Assembly (NCBI RefSeq): GCF_006345805.1
Contig: NW_021834918.1
Span: forward strand, 1 to 44,364
Origin: Octopus sinensis
Lineage: Eukaryota
DNA: 44,364 bases
Reading direction: 5' to 3'
The notes beneath the pieces are model-generated. The model ran no database searches. It saw only the letters and a program-made list of their open reading frames with translations, and was not told where the DNA came from. A program made the position numbers and the translations under genes. Positions 36,118 through 44,364 of this stretch are shown piece by piece (position 1 is the first letter of the stretch; each line of letters opens with the position of its first letter).

Positions 36118-36202
36118 AGTGATTTCATTAATGTTACAATATATTACAGAGTCAAGATAATTTTATTGAGACATGGAAGGTGGAACGGTGGAAGTAACTT
36201 AC

Positions 36203-36233
36203 ATCGTGGAGGTGGCTGTTGCTTATTGTCCTT
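36203..36233 (-). CDS. TNF-like ligand gene B, exon 2: KDNKQQPPPR
   Basis: Acceptor tttctttctgttttag, 31 nt (phase 0 to phase 1), donor gtaagt. Flanks are homologous to gene A exon 2. Confidence 0.7.
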
Positions 36234-36334
36234 CTAAAACAGAAAGAAAAGAAGGTGAGAAAAGGAAAATTAACACAACATGGTGACTGATGCTTTTATT
36301 ACCTTCATCATATTATTGTCACCTTTATATGTAT

Positions 36335-36549
36335 GTATACTCTTTTACTCTTTTACTTGTCTCAGTCATTTGACTGCGGCCATGCTGGAGCACCGCCTAT
36401 TAGTCGAGCAAATCGACCATAGGACTTATTCTTTGTAAGCCCAGTACTTATTCTATCGGTCTCTTTTGCAGAACCGCTAAGTGACAGGGACGTAAACACA
36501 CCAGCATCGGTTGTCAAGCAATGCTAGGGGGACAAACACAGACATACAA

Positions 36550-36582
<33 letters not shown>

Positions 36583-36752
36583 CATATATACGACAGGCTT
36601 CTTTCAGTTTCGTCTACCAAATCCACTCACAAGGGATTGGTCGGCCCGGGGCTATAGCAGAAGACACTTTCCCAAGATGCCACGCAGTGGGACTGAACCC
36701 GGAACTATGTCGTTGGTTAGCAAGCTACTTACCACACAGCCACTCCTGCGCC
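36335..36752 (-). mobile_element. SINE family 1, full length
   Basis: Reverse complement of the 3013-3430 family. Confidence 0.85.
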
Positions 36753-37169
36753 TATGTATGTATATATGTATGTGTGTGTGTGTGTGTGTATGTATGTATT
36801 ATAACAACACCAAACAGCAGTGCCCCAGCATGGCCACAGCTCGTGAGCTGAAACTAGATATAAAAAAATATTTATATGTATATACATTATTTATATTTGA
36901 TGGATATTTGTCCTCATCTTGTTAACAACGTTTCTGCTGATATACCCTCCAGCCTTCATTAGGTATATAAGACAAAATTTTGAATCAGGGTTCTCATTCC
37001 TAAGATATATTTTAGATATTATTATTATTATTCTGGCCACTGCCTGGAATCAAACTCGGAATCTTAACCACTACGCCATATGCCTGAAGGTATATGGCAT
37101 GGTGGTTATGTCCGTCAAATGTAAATAATGTACATAATTTCTCATCTCTTATATATAGAACTGTAATTA

Positions 37170-38742
37170 GTGACCGAGACCTTTGGAAATATGCCATGCG
37201 GGAGAAGACCCGGCAAGCCAAATGAAACCATAATCTCATGGCCTATGCCAGGGACATAACCAGCCCACTTATGCGAAACCTTTTCCTTCTTTGGACTCTA
37301 AAACTCTGCTTGCGAAGACCTGTTGAGGCAAGTGAAATCAAATCAATGAAATCAATTCAATCAAAGGCAAAATCAAATTCGATGACTGATGTCCGTGCTA
37401 GCGGGGTGCAAAGAGCACCATATGAACGTGATTATTGACAGAGTGGCTAACCGGCTTCCGTGCCAGTGGCACTCAAAGGACACCATTCGAGCGTGATCGT
37501 TACCAGCGTCGCCTTACTGGCACTTGTGCCCGTGCTAGTAGGGTGCCAAAGCACCATCCGAGCATGATTATTGCCAGAGCAGCCAACTGGCTTCCATGCC
37601 AGTGGCACATAAAAGAGCACCATTCGAGCGTGATCGTTACCAGCATCGCCTTACTGGCACTTGTGCCCATGCTAGTAGGGTGCCAAGAGCACCATCCGAG
37701 CATGATTATTGCCAGAGCAGCCAACTGGCTTCCATGCCAGTGGCACATAAAAGAGCACCATTCGAGCGTGATCGTTACCAGCGTCGCCTTACTGGCACTT
37801 GTGCCCATGCTAGTAGGGTGCCAAGAGCACCATCCGAGCATGATTATTGCCAGAGCAGCCAACTGGCTTCCATGCCAGTGGCACATAAAAGAGCACCATT
37901 CGAGCGTGATCGTTACAGCGTCGCCTTACTGGCACTTGTGCCCATGCTAGTAGTTGGTGCCAAGAGCACCATCCGAGCATGATTATTGCCAGAGAGCAGC
38001 CAATGGTTCCATGCCAGTGGCACATAAAAGAGCACCATCGAGCGTGATCGTTACCAGCGTCGCCTTTTACTGGCACTTGTGCCCATGCTAGTAGGGTGCC
38101 AAGAGCACCATTCCGAGCATGATTATTGCCAGAGCAGCCAACGGCTTCCATGCCAGGGCACATAAAAAGAGCATTTTCCATTCGAGGTGATCGTTACCAG
38201 CGTCGCTTACTGGCACTTCTGTGCCCATGCTAGTAGGGTGCCAAGAGCACCATCCGAGCGTGATTATTGTATTGCCAGAGCAGCCAACTGGCTTCCATGC
38301 CAGTGGCACATAAAAGAGCACCATTCGAGCGTGATCGTTACCAGCGTCGCCTTACTGGCACTTGTGCCCATGCTAGTAGGGTGCCAAGAGCACCATCCGA
38401 GCATGATTATTGCCAGAGCAGCCAACTGGCTTCCATGCCAGTGCACATAAAAGAGCACCATTCGAGCGTGATCGTTACCAAAGTCGCCTTACTGGCACCT
38501 GTGCTTGTGGCATGTGTAAAAGGATTCGAGCGAGGTCCTTGCCAGTACCACCTGACTGGCACGTAAAAAGCACCCACTACACTCTCGGAGTGGTTGGCGT
38601 TAGGAAGGGCATCCAGTGTAGAAACTCTGCCAGATCAAGATTGAAGCCTGGTGCAGCCATCTGGTTCGTCAGCCCTCAGTCAAAATTGTCCAACCCATGC
38701 TAGCTTGGAAAGTGGACCGTTAAACGATGATGATGATGATAA
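37170..38742 (+). mobile_element. 5'-truncated RTE copy (C-terminus + 3' UTR + (GAT)n)
   Basis: gaccgagacctttggaaatatgccatgcgggagaagacccgg matches the reverse complement of 8812-8870; ends gttaaacgatgatgatgatgat. Confidence 0.8.
37413..38500 (+). repeat. 138-bp minisatellite, about 8 copies, built from 66+72-bp related subunits
   Basis: gcaccatccg anchor near 37551, 37689, 37827, 37966, 38105, 38247 and 38390, plus a diverged first copy. Confidence 0.93.
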
Positions 38743-39237
38743 TGATATACATACATATATATACATACATACACACACACATATATATATATACATATAT
38801 ACACACACATATATATATATATTCATGTGTGTATATATATATATATACATACACACACACACACAATATAAGAGAGAGAGGGAGAGAGGAGAGAGAGACA
38901 GACAGACAAACAGAGAGACAGACAGAGAGAAGAGAGAGAGAGAGAGAGAAAAAGAGAGAGAGACAGAGAGAGAGATGTGTAACGGAGAGCTAATTGAATA
39001 GAGACAATATGATAATTTAGCAGTGGTTACGAATTATTGTTGTTATTTTGGTTGCACTTTTAGGATGTGAATGTATAAAGTTTTAAGGAAATATTTATTT
39101 ACGTTACGTTACAGTACCTTGCCTGGACGGGCAGGTTAATAATAAATCCAAAAGCATGCGATGGATAGATGCTGTAGAATATTTGTATTTAGGTCTCTTC
39201 CTTGTTAGTAGTAATTGCTGAGACAGATAGAATGTTG

Positions 39238-39658
39238 GGATCTTTTCGGTTTGAACGGCAGATTTTAAAATAATTTCCACGTAACTAAACACTTTTAAAC
39301 TTCGTATACTGGTAGAATGTGTGTTTATAAAACATCTTTTTCTCTGGCTTTATGAGAAAATTCTATGGTTTGTAAGATATTTGTTGTTTTTTTCTTCAAT
39401 TTCTGCAATTTCAACCAATCAATGACGTCTATTGTGTTAAAAAGCATTCTGTGCCGTATGATGGTGTCCCTCGTTTAAGAAACAGATTGGGTTCATTTAC
39501 ATTTCTGAAGAAAAACAGATACCTTTCCCCCTTCCCCCCCCCACCCCTAACCCTAAAAAGATTGAAATGCAATAGATCGATTCTAGGGTCATAATTATGG
39601 GTGACCATTTCATATGACACCGCGATAGAAAAAACTGCCGTTCAAACCGAAAAGTTCC
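39238..39658. mobile_element. TIR MITE with 8-bp TSD
   Basis: TIR ggatcttttcggtttgaacggcag / ctgccgttcaaaccgaaaagttcc; TSD gaatgttg at 39230-39237 and 39659-39666; same family as 7385-7695. Confidence 0.85.
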
Positions 39659-40099
39659 GAATGTTGTTGTAAGAGACAGAATTAGAGCTAGAGAAGAAAA
39701 TGTTAGGGGTTGTCTCACCGTTGTAGCTGGTCAGCCAGACTACGTTCTCCCTGAGTTGTCACCGAGTGGTAATTAACTTGGCCGAGTTGTCACCGGCTGG
39801 TGACTAACTGAATTTTGCTTGGGGGTGTACTTGCTTATATAAAGATCCAGAAGGATAGATATATCGTTGAGAACACTAGATTTAGTTGGTGGTCTTGTTA
39901 TCTCTCTTCTGTTTTTTGGTGAAGTAGAAGAGGTTAGAAAGGGTCAAGTGGTGAAGATATTGTTTCGGCCTAGCTAAAGTCATCTGGAAAATGTAATAAC
40001 TGCTGTCAGAGAACAACCATAGTTCCATCGTGGGAAAAGTTCTGTAAGAGTGTCGATTTAAATTTGGCTATGGTGATCGAACACACTTCATGCAAGATT

Positions 40100-40132
40100 C
40101 GCTACATATGTATACAGATGTATGTATGTATG

Positions 40133-40165
<33 letters not shown>

Positions 40166-40190
40166 TATACTATAATATAGAGAGAGGAGA

Positions 40191-40223
<33 letters not shown>

Positions 40224-40259
40224 TGTTTATACATATATATACAAATATATGTATGTATG

Positions 40260-40297
<38 letters not shown>

Positions 40298-40333
40298 CAC
40301 TATACATATAATATCCAGATATATGTATGTATG

Positions 40334-40376
<43 letters not shown>

Positions 40377-40438
40377 AGAGAGAGAGGAGAGAGAGAGAGA
40401 GAGAGACGTATACATATATATATCCAGATATATGTATG

Positions 40439-40474
<36 letters not shown>

Positions 40475-40475
40475 T
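40100..40475. repeat. Compound (TA)n/(GA)n/(TATG)n repeat
   Basis: Visible low-complexity tandem blocks. Confidence 0.92.
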
Positions 40476-41023
40476 AGTGTAAAGACAAACAAAAGAAAGT
40501 GGCAGTCAACGCATTAGTTGGAAGGAAAGACAGAGGGAGACAGACAGAGGGAGACAGACATAAAAGTAGACAGTTGTATGGAAAAACGTGTGAGCAAAAA
40601 AAAATAATGCAATCTGCAGATAAAAGAAAATTAATGAATATGGCGGAAACATGGTTTCTTGACTTTTTGTGTCTTATACAAATAAAAAGGAAAAAGATTT
40701 TACTGAAGGGTAAAAGTGTAACAAAAAAAAAATATTATTAAAGAAAACGAAACATGGAAAACAGCGGAAAACAGGTTTTAAATTATTATTTTAGCGGTGA
40801 TGCAAAGGAACGATGGTGAGAGAGGATCACAAGATGCTTGAAAACTATGAAATGATTTTTCTTTATGAAAAGTTCCCCTCTACTCTTCATTTGTATTTTG
40901 AAAGGCAATCGTGGAAAAATAAACAAAAGAGATACTCTGACTCGTGCGAGAAAGCTAAAGTAAATAAAGTCCGTAGGTTCGCCTAAAGTCCGCTGAAAAT
41001 AAATAAATATTGAAGTCTCTCAC

Positions 41024-41243
41024 CTGGTTTAGACAAATTATTACCACACCACTGCCAATTATGGCCAAAATAATAATTCCGTATTTAAAATAGGAGTTGT
41101 GACGCTTTTGTGCGATAATTCCAGTGAATTTCGTATTTTGTGGTTGAATTCTCTTCCGTTGTCCGCACTGATGTCTTGCAGGTATTCCTCGAACCGCTCT
41201 GGGAAGACACCAGTTGCTCTGCATCTGTAATTGGCTTTGTCAT
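41024..41243 (-). CDS. TNF-like ligand gene B, exon 1: cytoplasmic tail and TM helix (YGIIILAIIGSGVVIICLNQ)
   Basis: Donor CAG|gtgaga at 41024, with downstream intron homologous to gene A. The ATG at 41224 gives 67 in-frame codons; the paralog-aligned ATG at 41243 is out of frame by 1 nt. Confidence 0.65.
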
Positions 41244-41552
41244 GTTTCAAAGTTTCGTGCGCAATTATACAACCCGACATTAACAACAATTAACTAAACT
41301 ACTTTCTAGTTTTTCAGGGTATTTTATGGTCTCCCCCAAACTCTTACTTTTTCTCTCTTTCCCTTTGTCCTTTTTTTCTCACCACTGTACAAAAACATTC
41401 CAAACAACTCTCTTCCTTCTCTCTCCCACCCTTTTATTGTCCTCTTCCTCACTCGTTCTCTCTCTCTCTCTCTCTCTCTCTCGTTCTTTTTTCCTATTCC
41501 TCTCTATCTCTTCCTCTACTCAACTTTGCTTTCACTACCTGCTTCATTATGT

Positions 41553-41936
41553 GGAGGCGCAATGGCCCAGTGGTTAGGGCAGCGGACTCGCGGTCATAGG
41601 ATCGCGGTTTCGATTCCCAGACGGGCGTTGTGAGTGTTTATTGAGCGAAAACACCTAAAAAGCTCCACGAGGCTCCGGCAGGGGATGGTGGTGATCCCTG
41701 CTGTACTCTTTCACCACAACTTTCTCTCACTCTTACTTCCTGTTTCTGTTGTGTACCTGTATTTCAAAGGGCCGGCCTTGTCACTCTCTGTGTCACGCTG
41801 AATATCCCCGAGAACTACGTTAAGGGTACACGTGTCTGTGGAGTGCTCAGCCACTTACACGTTAATTTCACGAGCAGGCTGTTCCGTTATCGGATCAACC
41901 GGAACCCTCATCGTCGTAACCGACGGAGTGCTTCCC
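41553..41936 (+). mobile_element. tRNA-derived SINE family 3
   Basis: Near identical to 35534-35912; 11-bp TSD cttcattatgt (41542-41552, 41941-41951). Confidence 0.88.
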
Positions 41937-42036
41937 TGCTCTTCATTATGTCAGGCCGTCTATTATAAAATATATTTTGTTAAAGAAATATATATATATA
42001 TAGTAAAGAAATATATGAAATATATTTTGTATGTAG

Positions 42037-42266
42037 AGGCGGCGAGCTGGCAGAAACGTTAGCACGGCGGGCGAAATGCGTAGCCGTATTTCGTCTGTCG
42101 TTACGTTCTGTGTTCACATTCCGCCGAGGTCGACTTTGCCTTTCATCCTTTCGGGGTCGATAAATTAAGTACCAGTTACGCACTGGGGTCGACATAATCG
42201 ACTTAATCCCTTTGTCTGTCCTTGTTTGTCCTCTCTATGTTTAGCCCCTTGTGGGCAATAAAGAAA
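42037..42266 (+). mobile_element. SINE family 2, full length
   Basis: aggcggcgagctggcagaaacgttagcac...ccccttgtgggcaataaagaaa. Confidence 0.82.
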
Positions 42267-42389
42267 TATATAAAATATATTTTATATGTAGTTTTTTTTT
42301 TAAACCTGAAGTCAATATCGATCAAACAGATGTATAATCAAAAGCGATCCAGCCATGAACATCCCGTCCAATACTACACTACCCATTTT

Positions 42390-42630
42390 ACTCTTTCCAT
42401 TCTTTTACTTCAATCATTTGACTACGGCCATGCTGGAACACCACCTTTAGTCGAACAAATCGATCCCAGGACTTAATCTTTATAAGCCTAGTACTATTCT
42501 ACCGGCTTCTTTTGCTGATCCGCTAAGTTACGGGGACGTAAACACACCAGCATCAGTTGTCAAGCGATGGTAGGTGGGGAACAAACACAAACACACAAAC
42601 GTATATATAAATAAGAATGCATCTCTCTCC

Positions 42631-42703
<73 letters not shown>

Positions 42704-42739
42704 CACACACACACACACACCACACACACACACACACAC

Positions 42740-42771
<32 letters not shown>

Positions 42772-42925
42772 ATATATATATATATACGCGGGCTTCTTTC
42801 AGTTTCAGTCTACTAAATCCACTCACAAGGGTTTGGTCGGCCCGGGGCTATCGTAGGAGCCTCGCTCAAGGTACCACGCCGTGGGATTTGAACCCGGAAC
42901 CATGTGTTTAGAAAGCAAGCTCCTT
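42390..42925 (-). mobile_element. SINE family 1 (diverged) with an expanded central TA/GA/CA microsatellite
   Basis: Tail and head match family 1 on the minus strand. Confidence 0.75.
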
Positions 42926-44157
42926 GAAGGTCCAAGCGGGATAAAATACTAAGACAATACTGGGATAAACAGAAAAAATATAGAAATGCAGCAACCGTAC
43001 TTCAGGCAATGAATTATAAAATATATAAAGATAAATCGAAGAGATTTCGTCTTAATAAAAATCGCTCGTTGAAAGCGTAGAATGTGAAAATAATGGTGGA
43101 AGGGAGATACCTCGAGCATCTTATAAACCTCGCTTTTCAAACTTCTATGATCGATAAAATTTTAATAAAAACCAGTCAAGTTCAGCGAATGATTTAATCA
43201 ACTATAACGAAATTAGAGGCCTTTAATCTATAAGTCCCAATGAAGTGCTGAGATCGATCACATCTATAGGCACGCTGTTATTGATAGATATTATCTTTAG
43301 CTGAGTTATGCATGGGTTGACGATGTCAGATACAAAAATAAGGAGAGAGAGAGAAGAATATAGACAATAGTGGGTATTAAGGAACAAGAGAACCTCTGCC
43401 TTTCAAACCGAAAAGATCCAGTTCACCTACTAAAATTGAAGCGGGTCTGATCAGTCCCTTGTTTCTGTTTGATCTTTTGTCACACTGTGTTTCATATAAA
43501 TGTTCAGCCAACTTGTGGTAGAGTCAATTACTCTTTACTCTTTTTACTCTTGAAACGAGCTTAGCGTGTGAATATCTTCGTGCACTTTTGGGGTGCACAA
43601 GCAATCACTCACTAGCCGTTGCTTTAATAATCCAGAATCTCTACTAGTCAGAAAACACAGGACGCAGACGTAAAATATACATATAACTACTTATTCTCTT
43701 TCTTGGTAACAATAACAATAAGTGTTGTTATCTGATGTCCTTGGTTCTGGGCGCGCAAGGCTGAAAGTTAATAGATTGTAATATTTACAATCTTCAGCCC
43801 AAAAACAGAAAGGGATCAAGATGGCGTCGAACAGGGAAGTTGAAATGTGGTCGGCAACAATTTGGTTAAAGGTATTCGGCCGACTGCGCTAGAATCAAGC
43901 CTTGACGGAGAGAGAATTACGCGTGACTGTCGCCTTCAATTGCGGGTTCCCAAGTCCTTGGCTGCTGCTGCTAGCGGTCAAACGTTCTACGACCCCCTTG
44001 CCTCGCTAACTGCTTGCGTAGGCAATAGGGTCGTGCTACCGGTGTGGTTCGCGCATGCGCGAGAGGGGCTTCCTTTCCGTGCCTTGGTGAAGGCACCAAC
44101 ACGCGCGAAATACAAATGGAGGGTGCGCGAGCGCGCGCCGTTGTCGGATCACTACAC

Positions 44158-44364
44158 CTTTTTACTTGTTTCAGTCATTTGACTGCAGCCATGCTGGTGC
44201 ACCGCCTTTTAGTCGAGCAAATCGACCCCGGGACTTATTCTTTGTAAGCCCAGTACTTATTCTATCGGTCTCTTTTGCCGATCCGCTAAGTGAAGGGGAC
44301 ACAAACACACCAGCATCGGTTGTCAAGCAATGCTAGGGGGACAAACACAGACACACAAAACACA
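44158..44364 (-). mobile_element. SINE family 1, 3' half (runs off the window)
   Basis: ttttacttgtttcagtcatttgactgcagccatgctgg... Confidence 0.8.

Noticed and set aside
37435-38703. Repetitive ORFs and a CRISPR-like appearance
   Set aside because: A 138-bp (46-codon) minisatellite with no unique spacers and no cas genes, in eukaryotic context.

Overview
Eukaryotic, AT-rich, repeat-dense genomic DNA, most consistent with an octopus (coleoid cephalopod) genome. This is inferred from the tRNA-derived SINE families, an RTE LINE with a (GAT)n tail and long (TA)n tracts. The ORF track misses the main genes because they are spliced. By hand I find two tandem minus-strand paralogs of a type II membrane TNF-superfamily ligand. 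Gene A has exons at 6498-6157, 1686-1545 and 69-22; its TNF-domain exon should lie left of the window. Gene B has exons at about 41243/41224-41024, 36233-36203, 33792-33746 and 31836/31834-31454, with two apparent 1-nt frame lesions. Between the genes lie a near full-length but frameshifted RTE LINE with a PHD finger inside the RT region, a 1.8-kb (TA/CA)n tract, and six tandem ~1.54-kb units made by recombination between two SINEs, with the crossover readable in chimeric SINEs. One unit carries a complex inverted-plus-tandem insertion. There are also many MITEs (piggyBac-, hAT- and MULE/Merlin-like), several long palindromes, and a 1.65-kb inverted composite just past the gene B stop codon. 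Scattered 1-bp indels between near-identical array units suggest consensus errors, so frameshifts need checking. I see no prokaryotic features, CRISPR array, rRNA or true tRNA genes, and no clearly new biological system beyond these architectures.
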